Source: Craspedostauros australis
Taxonomy: Eukaryota
Direction of reading: 5' to 3'
Assembly (NCBI GenBank): GCA_030167865.1
Contig: JALAGF010001241.1
Coordinates: 1 to 35,948 of the forward strand
Length of the DNA: 35,948 nt
The first letter of the stretch is position 1; each line of letters begins with the position of its first letter. The translations under genes were made by a program, and so were the position numbers. Of the stretch, positions 21,903 to 32,722 are shown one piece after another. The notes beneath the pieces were generated by a model. That model worked only from the letters and a program-made list of their open reading frames with translations, had not been told where the DNA came from and did not search any database.

Positions 21903-23570
21903 CCCTCGTCTTGAATTCGCCCGTGGCCATTCCCTTCTTTCTTTTGTGTTTGTGATGTTGTTGCGAAGGTGCCTCTGAGTGAGTGTGATCGTGTGGGAAT
22001 TGCGAGAGCGTGTTTCTGGCGCCAGCATCTGATGTTTTGGCTTTCGTGGCAGATCCTCGTGTCGCCGATTGCCTTCCTCTCTTTCCCTCCTTGTCTCGTG
22101 GACTTTCTCACTCCAGCACCAATCGCCGCCATGACAACGACGCAACGACGCAACGACGCAACATCACAGCGGCACAACTACGACGGCAGCGACAAGAAAC
22201 AAGTCAGCCATGGTCGACGCCCACCATGATCTTTTGGGCGTTCTGTTTGCAGCGAGAAGCGCGCTGCACAAGAAGGGCTGAGTCCGTTTGTGGCGGCCGA
22301 ATTACTCCTCCCAAACAACCAATGACACACGGCCGTTTGCGTTGTTCGCATCGCGTCTTGTACCAGTGATGATTGTGCGGGCGAAGCGACATGGTCGGAT
22401 TTAACGCACAACAGAATTGCGTTCTTGCGGTGGCGCGTTTTGGCGAATGCCAACAACGAATCAACATTCATCCGCTTCTCGGAGAGGTTAGATGTGTGGA
22501 GTGACCCATTCGACTACACTTTTTCTACTTGAAGTGGACTTGATCGGTTGACAAAACGTTGCGTCGTGTCAATGATCAGTTCGCACGACATCATCCAATC
22601 AGATTGTTCGATGTGAACGGATGGAAGTTCTGAGTCGGACGGTTCGCATACCAAGCGTGACAATGGCATCAAGTTCGTCTCGTCGTGAGATTTGTTGCCG
22701 TTCAGCAGTTCCGCAGTTCTGGTTGCAGAAAAAGTAACGACAAGGTGGTCCTCGTGACAAGAAGCGAAGTCTTCACAAAACGACAACGCAGAACTGTGCG
22801 GACATCAATACAGACGGAGCTGACAGACATACGTACAGACGTTTGAATAAGTGCACAGAGACCGAAACTCAGTTGTCAGACAACGCAGCAAGGTCATCAC
22901 AACAACAAGGGGAGACGAAGTCAATCATCAAAACAAGTATCATACAATCACACGATCTCATCCATCCATCCATCCTTCCATCCATCTCTAGTCACATCCG
23001 CATCATCGCACAGCTGTCAGTCTGCATCCTTCGAAGTTCAGCACAAGTAAAGTCAGGAGTGAAGAGAGAGAGAGAGAGAAAGACAGCGACAGAAGAGATT
23101 GATTCCCAAATCTTGTCTCACTTGTACCCTCCAAGCGATTGAGAATTGGCTGACAGGACCAGAAGAAATTGCGGCTGTCAGTGGCAACGGCAACAACGAG
23201 AAAGTCGGGAGTACTTGTACCATACCAAACCTCAGATACACGTTCATCAAAGTAACGCTGCCGGCTCTGCCGAGACAGGCGCGCGATCAACCGTCATCAA
23301 ACACGTAACGACATCAAACCAAAGCGCGAGATCGAGTAACGACAGATTCTTGCCCTACCACCCTGCGAACAAGCAAGCACACGGAAAGACCTCCAGCCAA
23401 ACACGCTCATCCAGCCACGAGTCATACCAATACAAGAGGTACATGAGCAGAGGCACACGCACGCACACGCAAACACTCACTCACAAATCAAGAAGCAACA
23501 CACACATCTCACAGCTCAAGCCAACCCACGCATAAGTGTTACTCTATTGCATAACACGCAACTCGAAAAC

Positions 23571-25985
23571 ATGAGATTGAGGGCACGCACAGCCGCCAGC
23601 ACACAGCGTTACAACGCCATGCTCGCTGATATTAATCGCGGTGAGGACGAGTTCGATGATGCGGCGGAGGTGCAGAATGCGGCAGCGCAAACTGGTCAAG
23701 ATGCGAACGACAACAACAACAACAACAACAACAACACCGATACCACGGCCAATGTGGCCAGGGCGAATCCAGGCAACGATGAGGATCAACAACCACGGCC
23801 AAGGGACAGGACCAAGCGAAGGAGACTGAACTCACGGCCATCCATCCAACCAGCTCACGGTGAAGTCGGCACTGAACCTGTTGCCTCAGAACTTGCCACC
23901 ACTACCACAACAACAGACATGGACACAGGCGCTCCAGTCGATGCCACTGCCGACACCGCTGTGGATGAAGGCAACAAGAAGCGCAAGGCCACCAGACCAC
24001 GCAAAAGAAAACGCACCGCAGCAGCAGCCAAAGCTGCGGTGGCAGCCCCGTCTCCCGCAGAACCTCCCACGCTGCCAAAGCTCTCCGATGATTGCCTTCT
24101 CCACATCATGGAGTTTGCCGATGCTGACAGCTGCCACGCAATGGCGACATCGTACAAAGGCGTCCATGACCGTCTCACCTACGAAATCGTCATCCGCGCT
24201 GCCGTCCTCGGCCTCAGCCGCGAGAAGGAGGTCACGGCACAGAACGACTACAGACGCACACAGCGAGGCTCCAAATTCCAAGATCCCAAGTGGACGCACT
24301 ACCAAAACCATCTGCAGCGCGACAGAATGTTCTACATCATGGAAGGCGTGGAAGACGGTCGCACGATCATTCCGTCCCCGCTGCGCATCCTTTCCCTCAT
24401 CCGCGGCAAGCGCTGCGAGATGATCGGCTGTCCCAAAGCCAGCGAGGAGTCGCTGGATGTCCGCCACTCCCTTTCTCTCGGTGTCTACTTCTGCGCCGCC
24501 TGCGCCCAGTGCTGGGTCGTTCCAGCCGACCAGATCAACAGCACTTACAAGAAGCATCTGGGCGAGCCATTCAAATTCTGCGGTAGCACGGCCTACTGGC
24601 GGGCGCCTTACCACACCATGACGAACATGCGGGTGGGACCGGCCATTACGATGACAGATGCGGACAACATCCTTCGCGGTCGAACCACCCAGAAGGAAGT
24701 CTTGGAGGCCGTGAGCAAAGAGACCAGGAAGGCCATGATGGAGATCTTCAAGGAGGCATCTGGCAGGATCGAGGAGTACGACGACGCCAGGCAGGGGTAC
24801 TTCGATCGCATGATCCGTCAGAAACGCAACAAGAAGCGAGACCAGATCATCGAAGTCATTCATGCCAAGTTCCCCAAGGCGCCGTGGATTCCCGTCGCTT
24901 TGAAGCAAGACAACAACGACCGCTTCAAACATCCTCTGGCGGTGGAGATTATCGAGACGTTCATCGACAAGACTTTCTACAAGGGAGACATGTCCACCAA
25001 GAGCACCATCACGAAGAAGGCCAAGGCCATCGCATCAGCATTCGAATGGTTGTTCGAAAATGGGATTCACGATGCCTCCTTCCTCAACAAATACAACCTC
25101 AACATCCTCAAGTCCGAAATCAAATCCAAAAAAGAGGAGGAGAAAGAGGACGCAGACAGTGATGGTGAAGCAGAGTGGATGTCCGAAGCATGGATGGACG
25201 AGAAGACAAAGGAGAAATGGATGGTCTCACACGAAAAGAGCCCCATCGCGCAGTATTGGCACTCCGAGTGGACCGGGCGGATGAAATCCAACAGCTCCTA
25301 CCTCATCCGCAATGTTCGTACCCAAGCCTTCCTCAAGACGATTCGAGAAGGAGATACTTTCAAGGTAATGGTTGATCAGGTGGAGCGTTACGACTGGCGC
25401 CGTTACAAGATAGTGGTCGGCGATGCGCTTAAGGCAAAGCTGAACATCACCGACACTGATGATCGCAATGACAATCGCGATCATGCGGCAGATAGTGACA
25501 ACGACGAGCAGCGCCCCTTGCATTGGCGCGATGTCAAACGCACGATGGATAGCGCCTGGTCGGAGATCTCCACAATGGTTGACCGCGCATATCTAAAACG
25601 CATGGCCAGCGCACTCGGAGGACTCATGGTCAGCGCCATGGAGAAGAAAGCGAACGGCAGCGACACTATTGACAACAACAGCACTAACACCACCAATGGC
25701 ACCACCAACAAGGCAACTGGCGCAAAGAAGGCAAAGGCAGACGAGAATGAGGCCGTGTCAAATCCTGGTAACAACTTCAACATATATGCCGTTTCACCAT
25801 ATTTGATGAAGTGCGACATGGTGTACCTCAGGATGATGGAGATATACGCCACCCACATCATCGATCCCAAACCTCAGCAGGAAGTAGGCACTGTCATCGA
25901 CGTCGACGACAACGACGATGCAGCAGAAGACGACGATGCAGCAGAAGACGACGATGAGAGATCCGTGCCAATGCTTGTGGCATAA
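23571..25985 (+). CDS. Hypothetical protein with F-box-like motif, NLS-like basic clusters and a Cys cluster (~804 aa)
   Basis: First ATG 23571. LPKLSDDCLLHIMEFAD (F-box-like), KKRKATRPRKRKR, PSPLRILSLIRGKRCEMIGC...FCAAC; poly-Asn from (AAC)n near 23710-23736. Confidence 0.8.
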   Translation: MRLRARTAASTQRYNAMLADINRGEDEFDDAAEVQNAAAQTGQDANDNNNNNNNNTDTTANVARANPGNDEDQQPRPRDRTKRRRLNSRPSIQPAHGEVGTEPVASELATTTTTTDMDTGAPVDATADTAVDEGNKKRKATRPRKRKRTAAAAKAAVAAPSPAEPPTLPKLSDDCLLHIMEFADADSCHAMATSYKGVHDRLTYEIVIRAAVLGLSREKEVTAQNDYRRTQRGSKFQDPKWTHYQNHLQRDRMFYIMEGVEDGRTIIPSPLRILSLIRGKRCEMIGCPKASEESLDVRHSLSLGVYFCAACAQCWVVPADQINSTYKKHLGEPFKFCGSTAYWRAPYHTMTNMRVGPAITMTDADNILRGRTTQKEVLEAVSKETRKAMMEIFKEASGRIEEYDDARQGYFDRMIRQKRNKKRDQIIEVIHAKFPKAPWIPVALKQDNNDRFKHPLAVEIIETFIDKTFYKGDMSTKSTITKKAKAIASAFEWLFENGIHDASFLNKYNLNILKSEIKSKKEEEKEDADSDGEAEWMSEAWMDEKTKEKWMVSHEKSPIAQYWHSEWTGRMKSNSSYLIRNVRTQAFLKTIREGDTFKVMVDQVERYDWRRYKIVVGDALKAKLNITDTDDRNDNRDHAADSDNDEQRPLHWRDVKRTMDSAWSEISTMVDRAYLKRMASALGGLMVSAMEKKANGSDTIDNNSTNTTNGTTNKATGAKKAKADENEAVSNPGNNFNIYAVSPYLMKCDMVYLRMMEIYATHIIDPKPQQEVGTVIDVDDNDDAAEDDDAAEDDDERSVPMLVA
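25913..25956 (+). repeat. 18-bp direct tandem repeat encoding DDDAAE x2
   Basis: (c)gacgatgcagcagaa gacgacgatgcagcagaa gacgacgat. Confidence 0.8.
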
Positions 25986-26397
25986 TTGCGAACAGCACCA
26001 CGGTGGTTTCGATGCTCCGTTTTGCTTTGGTCTGTTTTGGGCACCAAACTTGCGGGTGCGAATAGCATCCTCGCCACACGATGGCACACACGCAGCAATC
26101 CTTTCAAGGATGAAGACATACAGCTTGTCTACTGTAATACGATGTAATAGCACAGTGATGTTCTATACCATGCGATAACACGATGTAATGCGACGCATTA
26201 TATTATGCAGAATAACTAAACCCTGTCATCGATGGATCGCAGTACTCTGCGTTCGTCTGCGCTTCAGTCTGGCCTTCCTGTCCAGTTCTGCTTTGGTCCG
26301 ATTCGTGCCGTGTTGCTGTCGTAATAACACATAGATAAAAACGCACGCACAGACGCACGCACATGCGTGCAAACACACAAGTTGCACTCCATGAAGT

Positions 26398-27936
26398 CTA
26401 CCGCTGCTCTGGCGGCTTCCGGCTGAGGTTGCGGATGCTCATGGCGACCTTCTGCCGAGCTGCCGTGTCCGACACCTCTTCCCAGAACAAGCCAGAATCA
26501 TCACGCTTGAGGAAGCGGACGCCCAATTGCCGGATACGCACCACGAACGTCGCCGTGACCAAAGTCTTTTGCATTCGGCTCGGCGCCTCGTCGTACAGGT
26601 GCTTCTCCTTCGTCAGGAATTCCATGAGCTTGACGTTGCCCGAAAACGACTGGTACGGCCATCCGCGTCCCAGAACGACGTCGATCTCGCGGGGCGAATG
26701 GATCAGACCCTCGGGCTTGTCCGCCATGTACGCCTGCCATTTCTCCTGCGCGACCGCCTGTATGTTCTGCGTGTGCCTTTCCAGCACATCGAAGATCGGC
26801 TGGCCTTCCCCGTCGAAGGGCAGCAACTGCAGAGGTATCCCGAACGAGCCCAGCTCGTACATGCACTCCATGTGAGACCCGAAGTGGAACTTGGTCCTCA
26901 GCCTGATCTCCTTGGACACGGTCATGAGGAGCATGCTGATGTAGGGTCTCACCCACGTCTCGCCGAGGCAGAAATGATTGCTCGTGAATCGCATGGGCAA
27001 TGTGTCCTTGATGCCCCACTTGGAGATCGTCTGACTCGCCTTGATGGCCATGAAGAGCTGGGACGCCTCCGATCCCACCGTGTTGACAACGGCAACCAAT
27101 CCCTTGACGGCATCGTCGGCGCCGCCACGCGAGGCATCCCCAGTGAAGAACAACGATTGCAGCATCGATTCCGGCGTTTCGTAGTGGAAGCTGGCGTAGT
27201 TGAGAAAGAGCATGCCCCTGCGATTGTGCTCCTCCGATGATTCGTACCGCACGACGGAACCCGCCCGCAGCGACCTCTGGGCGTCGGGTTTCAGGTCTTC
27301 CCAGCGAACGGGGCGCACGAAGGCCTCCTCACCGAAGAGCTTGAGCTTGTAGTTGAAGTGCGTCGCCAACAGCTTCGCCGCCTTCTCGACGTCCCATTCG
27401 GCCGTTCGCAGCAGCTGCAATCGCAGCAGCCTCTCCTGCACGATCTTGGGCGACAGGAACGCGGCCTTGCTGTACGCATCCTTCTTGCGCAATGCCTTGA
27501 TGGCGACCTCCAGCTCTTCTAGCTTGTCGCGAATGAAGTCGGGCGTTTCCGCGACGGCGTCCTTCACGCCGTGGATGTCCTCCTGCACCGTCTGCCGGTC
27601 CATCAACGACAAGGAGTTCATCTCGCTCGCGATGAGGCGCTCGCCATCCGTCATGTTGTACGGCACGTTGAAGGCGCCGCCTGCCGACGCGGCGCTCGTA
27701 GCGGGATGCACCGCAGTGGCCCCCGCCACGGGGCGGGAGCTGCCATCGTCATTCGAAAGGTGCATCCGCTTGTTGACGCCCATGAAGTTGCAGCATGCGC
27801 CATTGTCGCCATCGGTGTTGGTGGTGTTGCCGCTGGCGGTGTTCGTGGAGACCCTGCTGTTGGTGTAGGTGTAGGTGCTTGCGGCTGTGGAACTTTCGCC
27901 AGTGGTGCTGGTGGCGTCATGAATGGTGCGCTTCAT
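26398..27936 (-). CDS. Sec14/CRAL-TRIO-like + DUF6824 protein, paralogue 2 (512 aa)
   Basis: LSLMDRQTVQEDIHGV..ETPDFI..KDAYSKAAFLSP..RLQLLRT; RTKFHFGSHMECMYELGSFGIP; DVVLGRGWPYQSFSGN..GVRFLKRDDSGLFWEEVSDTAARQKV..IRN. Confidence 0.88.
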   Translation of the reverse strand: MKRTIHDATSTTGESSTAASTYTYTNSRVSTNTASGNTTNTDGDNGACCNFMGVNKRMHLSNDDGSSRPVAGATAVHPATSAASAGGAFNVPYNMTDGERLIASEMNSLSLMDRQTVQEDIHGVKDAVAETPDFIRDKLEELEVAIKALRKKDAYSKAAFLSPKIVQERLLRLQLLRTAEWDVEKAAKLLATHFNYKLKLFGEEAFVRPVRWEDLKPDAQRSLRAGSVVRYESSEEHNRRGMLFLNYASFHYETPESMLQSLFFTGDASRGGADDAVKGLVAVVNTVGSEASQLFMAIKASQTISKWGIKDTLPMRFTSNHFCLGETWVRPYISMLLMTVSKEIRLRTKFHFGSHMECMYELGSFGIPLQLLPFDGEGQPIFDVLERHTQNIQAVAQEKWQAYMADKPEGLIHSPREIDVVLGRGWPYQSFSGNVKLMEFLTKEKHLYDEAPSRMQKTLVTATFVVRIRQLGVRFLKRDDSGLFWEEVSDTAARQKVAMSIRNLSRKPPEQR

Positions 27937-28186
27937 GATTGCGAAGATTCGGTGGTCAGCAAAAGCAGATGATTGGTATTATACGACTATATTGGCGTGG
28001 TATGATATGATACTTGCGCTCTGTCCCTTGCCTCCTCCTTGGAGTTGGCAGCTCGTACAGTGCAAGCACGTGTATTGCTGTGTGTAAGTATGGTACCAAT
28101 CCACACTGCTCTTCGGATGCAATCAATGTGCCGACCCACGCGAAGGTTAGAAGCCACCGAGGTTCTCGCTGCGCGCTTTGTTCCAA

Positions 28187-28208
28187 GAGAGAGAGAGAGA
28201 GAGAGAGA
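28187..28208. repeat. (AG)n microsatellite (similar tracts at ~8584-8599 and ~23063-23078)
   Basis: agagagagagagagagagagag. Confidence 0.9.
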
Positions 28209-29403
28209 TGTACGAGAATACTGTCCTTGGTTGTTGTTCGTCTTAGACTGAAGTATAGTACGATCAATTCCGAACGCCAACAGGCATGAAGGATACGCGT
28301 GCTCTCCCTACTTTTTCGGCTCTTTGAGGTCACCGACCTCCTCTTGGGAACTCCTTGCCTCCGCTGTCTCTCTTTGTTGCTCTTGTTTGACGTCTAGTAG
28401 TACACACCCTTTGGATCCTCGAATCTGTCGAACTCCACCCAAGGCTGACGACTCTGGCTCGTGCATGCGAGTGTCGTGAAGGTAATGATCCAGGCAGCGC
28501 TGCGCTTCCGCCCCTCGCTTGCCTCCTCGATGTTTGCCGCCAGTGTTTTGGTCTTGGACCGTGTTCTTGGCGTTTGGCCTCTTGGTCTCGGAACCAGCCC
28601 GAACAAGTTAATCTCTTTCTTCTCCGTGGACACAAGAATCCCCCAACGAACATGTTCGCAGCGAGCGGTTCATCCTTTGCCGTGTCCAAACAGACAACGC
28701 GTGTTCACGCTTGTGCCGCTCTCTGTTCGTGAAGTCACAACAGTATGTATCAATGGAGTCGGTTGAATCATGAAGTCGCAGAGACATGATTCTCTTTTCT
28801 CGCTCGGCACTCGTGTTCGATACGGCAACAGCACAACAGTTCGTTGATGACCTGGACAATTTGTCAATTGGTGGTGTTGGAGTTGGTTGGCGTGTCGAAG
28901 GTTCCGCCATGCGAAACGATGTGAGGCGAGACAGGGGCATTGCTTCTGTTCGCATCTGTACCTCGTATTCGTGTTAAATCTGTAGTCCTCTTCGATGAAA
29001 GCACATCTTCCGTGGTGGTATCCATCCAATTAGCGCAAACTTGGTCGCCAGAACAACAACATCAGATGTTGCGCAGCTCACAATCCTCCAGGGTTACTTC
29101 TGATTCAGCGCAACACCTCCTTTTGCAATCCATTCATTGGAGGTCGGGGAGCGCCGCTGACGCTGCCACTAATAGAAAATGTTTGGCATGCATGATCACT
29201 TTTGCTCGTATTCTATAATAGAATAGTTCATAGTAGTACAAATGGATTAAACTTTTCGTTTCGGAGATTATCTGGATGTGGCTGTGCCTGGTCGAGTCCA
29301 ATGACATCCGACCGTACTATTCTACATGGCCTGCGTTGTGCGTAGCTGCACTCCATGCGACTCTCCATCTCCTCCTCGCAAGCGTATGCGCAATCCATCC
29401 GCT

Positions 29404-30894
29404 CTATTTCCTCGACAAGTTGCGCAAACTGATGGAGATCTTGCGTCGCGCGGCAGGACCATCCGCCACCTCCCAATAGTCCCCCGTCTCGTCGCGCCGC
29501 AGAAAGCGCACGCCCGTCCGCAATACCTGCGCCAGCAACGTGTCGACGAGGAAGGACTTCTCCTGCCGCGTCGCTGCTCGTTCGTACATTGGCAGATGAT
29601 GCTCCAAAAATCGCGATAGCTGCACGTTGCCCGTGAAGCTCTGGTACGGCCATCCGCGGCCCAGCACGACGTCGTTCTTGGACGGGTAGCGCAGGCAGTT
29701 GAGCGGGGCGGTCCTCGTGTACCGCTCCATCTCCTCCGCTTCCCGCAGCCGGCGCATTTCCAAAGCCTTCTGTACAACCTCCATTCTCGGATGGCCTTGA
29801 TCGTCCAGGTTGAGGGCCTCGGCTGGGATGCCGTACGTCGCCAACGCGTAGGCGCACTCCATGACGGAACCGAAATGCATCTTGATGCGCAGACGTATGT
29901 TGCTCGGCATGGACAAGAAGAGAGATGACAGAATTGGTCTGTACGCTGGATCGCGGAAGAGGATGTGCACGCTTGCGAGTCGCGGCGACAACGATTCCAT
30001 GATGCCCCAACGCGCCCCGATCTGAGATCCGAGCACGAGCTTGTAAGCGTCCTTCGTCGAAGCGCCGATCATGTTGATGACCAGAACCCACCCTCTCTGC
30101 TGCGATTCCGCCGTCAACGCAATGCCTGTGTTCATGTACATCATCGCTTGCAGGCATTGCGCAGGCGATTCGAAGTTGCATCGCGGGTGAGACAGCACGC
30201 CCACAGGCCGTCCCACGACATCCTTGTTATCCTGATGGCAAATGTAGGCCCCCGACAGCATGCACTGCTGACTTGTGGGCGTGAAATCCTTCCACTGCAT
30301 CGGCTTCAAGAAATTCTCCTCCCCGAGCAACTTCATGCGCCTCTCGAAGGACTTGACGAGGATCTGCGCCGCGCGGTAGGGCTGCCATTCCGCCGACCGC
30401 AGTGCCTGCAGTCGAAATTCCCGATTGCGAACGGAAGGCGGCGACAGGAAGGCCGCTTTCTGATACGCCTCCTTCTTGCGGATCTTGGACAATTCCTCAT
30501 CGAGCGCCTCGAGGCAGCTGTTGATCATTTCGGACGTCTCCGCGATGGGACTCTTGACGGCGTGCAGATCATCGAACAATTTCTCGCGCTCCATCTTGCC
30601 CAACGTCCGCAGTTCCTTGGCCCAAAACTTCTCGCCGTGCGTCAGCGGTTCGTGCAAGCGATCATTGGGCTGATACAGCGAATCGTCGCTGCCCACGACG
30701 CTGCAGTCAAACGACGGTGCTCGCAAGCATCCCGTGCCGCAGTTGATCGATTGGATGGTCGAACCGGATGAGACGGAGGAGTGCGATGCCAGCATGGTGT
30801 CGGACCCATTGCCGTGCGGTGGTGCCGTTTCGCTCGCGTCCATGTCGTCCACCTCCATGCTGGTTTCCGTGTGGTCGTTTGCTGTTGTTTGCAT
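29404..30894 (-). CDS. Sec14/CRAL-TRIO-like + DUF6824 protein, paralogue 3 (~496 aa)
   Basis: First ATG 30894 (MQTTAND). EREKLFDDLHAV..ETSEMI..KEAYQKAAFLSP..FRLQALRS; DVVGRPV; RIKMHFGSVMECAYALATYGIP; PSKNDVVLGRGWPYQSFTGN..GVRFLRRD..WEV..ARRKI..LRN. Confidence 0.88.
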   Translation of the reverse strand: MQTTANDHTETSMEVDDMDASETAPPHGNGSDTMLASHSSVSSGSTIQSINCGTGCLRAPSFDCSVVGSDDSLYQPNDRLHEPLTHGEKFWAKELRTLGKMEREKLFDDLHAVKSPIAETSEMINSCLEALDEELSKIRKKEAYQKAAFLSPPSVRNREFRLQALRSAEWQPYRAAQILVKSFERRMKLLGEENFLKPMQWKDFTPTSQQCMLSGAYICHQDNKDVVGRPVGVLSHPRCNFESPAQCLQAMMYMNTGIALTAESQQRGWVLVINMIGASTKDAYKLVLGSQIGARWGIMESLSPRLASVHILFRDPAYRPILSSLFLSMPSNIRLRIKMHFGSVMECAYALATYGIPAEALNLDDQGHPRMEVVQKALEMRRLREAEEMERYTRTAPLNCLRYPSKNDVVLGRGWPYQSFTGNVQLSRFLEHHLPMYERAATRQEKSFLVDTLLAQVLRTGVRFLRRDETGDYWEVADGPAARRKISISLRNLSRK

Positions 30895-31783
30895 TGTGTT
30901 TGTACGTGTTTGTACTAGTATTGCGCTGTTGTCTGTAGGTACGAGAATGTGTTTGTATTTGTTTTTGGAGAGCACCGTGTTATGAGCCCACCTCCCAGAG
31001 TTGAGTGAAGCGGAGTGGGCGGTATAGAGTAAAGTAAAGCAAAATAGTAAAGCAGAGAGGAGAGAGAGCCAGGACGATGTCTTTGTTGTGCAATCGTTTC
31101 TGTTTGGTTCTGGTTTGTTGTGTCAGGGTACTGGGGCGGCTGCGTTGGTCAGCGATCCAACAAAGAGGAGTTCGTGGAGAACGCAGTGTCCGACTGACTA
31201 CGTATTCTATCGTTTCTCGCTGTTCTTGGTGGCGAATGAATCCGAACGCTGTTCAGTCCCGACTTGTTCACCACAAGTTGAATCTCGTTTGATGTTCTGT
31301 CTACCTCAACGTCACAATTGCTCTGTGGATAATTTCACCTGTTAAGAGGATGTATCATCCATGCATCGAATACTTGTTGGGATCGACGAGGCTGTTCGAT
31401 CGAAGGAACACGAGAGAGGAGAAAAGATAGCCAATTCGCTCTTCCCTCGTAGAGGAAACGGGCTCATCATGCCAATAATCATTCTCGCGGAGCGCGGATG
31501 TATCATGCTGTTCCGATACCGGCAGTAGATCGTAGTCCAGGGGTGCAAGTCCGCACCAGAAAACCAACAACACAACATGTCGAGGCGACATGATGTCGTC
31601 CCGGCCGTCCACGAGAGGCATTGTTCATTGATCCAGTTCATCCCTTCAACTACGCTATGCACTCTGATACTCCGTTCAAGAGTACTCTGCGCTACTCAAC
31701 TATCATAGTTCCAATTATTCCGAACCCTGCCAACCCTGCGCGAGTAGAGTGCACCACATGCGGCACTTCTCTCTACGATATCC

Positions 31784-32722
31784 TCATTCTCGAGGCCGCT
31801 TTCTGCTTGCATCAGCGTCTGACACAGCGACGGTCCCACCAGCAGATTGCGATACTGGCTGCAGTTGCTGCGGCGACGCTTCCCTTTCTTCAATCTCGCT
31901 GAACGCTTGCAGCACCTGCGTGCGTTCTTGCGCCAACCGCATCTCGACGCGCGCTTCGTACATGCTGCTGGTGGCCTCCACGGTATGGTTCTGGTAGGCA
32001 TGGATCAGCTCCTTGGAACCGGCTGCTGACAGAATGCCGTGGATCTCCTGCAGCGTGCGTCGATACTTGTCGGCGATGGTGGAGATGTCTGTTTGAGCCG
32101 ACAGATCTTGCAGCGCCGTAGTCGTCTCGTGCGCGAGGGAAAGCAAATCGCAGGTCAGTTGCTCGGCGCGGTCCAGGTCGGCCAGTACGGCGCGTCGTTG
32201 TTGAGCCTTCGTGCGCAGTCGTTTCAGCATGGATTCTTCATCTTCCGCGGCGTCTTTGGCCGTTTGCTGTTCTGCATCGCCTTTCTCTTTGTGCGGCACG
32301 TCGTCCTCCTCCTTGTCCTCGTCCTTCCCGTCATCTTCTTTCTTGTGGTCGTCCCCCTCCAATTCCTGGTCCTGCTTCTCCTCAGCATCCGCTTCATCCA
32401 TATCCATCGATGTGGGCGACACAGACTGTCCTTGCGTCTCCGAATCCTTCTTCACGTCCGCTGCTGCATCCGATGTCGCAGCCGCCAAAGCCGAGAACTT
32501 GTCCCTTCTGGCGGCAACATGGCCCTTGCCTTCTTGCGGTTGCGCATCTGCAGCACCTTCCGCTTCGGATGATGCCGGTTTGTCAGCGCTTGCTTGCCGC
32601 GCAGCCAGAGCAGCGAGCTTGTCGCGTCGTGGCGTCGCTTCCGCAGTTCGGGATGCGAGAGCCGCGAACTTATCTCGTCGCGGCGTGGCGCCAGATTGCG
32701 GATCGTCTCCGGTGCCGCTCAT
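31784..32722 (-). CDS. MED11: Mediator subunit 11 (MED11)-like protein with long acidic/repeat N-terminal extension (312 aa)
   Basis: C-terminal ~100 aa LADLDRAEQLTCDLLSLAHETTTAL..KYRRTLQEIHGILS..AYQ..SMYEARVEMRLAQER follows the MED11 helical pattern (L..L..vE..i..lL..A...L; Y..R...ia..k); basic C-terminus RKRPRE. Confidence 0.6.
   Translation of the reverse strand: MSGTGDDPQSGATPRRDKFAALASRTAEATPRRDKLAALAARQASADKPASSEAEGAADAQPQEGKGHVAARRDKFSALAAATSDAAADVKKDSETQGQSVSPTSMDMDEADAEEKQDQELEGDDHKKEDDGKDEDKEEDDVPHKEKGDAEQQTAKDAAEDEESMLKRLRTKAQQRRAVLADLDRAEQLTCDLLSLAHETTTALQDLSAQTDISTIADKYRRTLQEIHGILSAAGSKELIHAYQNHTVEATSSMYEARVEMRLAQERTQVLQAFSEIEEREASPQQLQPVSQSAGGTVAVSDADASRKRPRE

Noticed and set aside
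21100-23540. Many overlapping 60-210 aa ORFs (likewise 11105-12936 and 27956-29218)
   Set aside because: Low-complexity leader/intergenic sequence without coding-like composition
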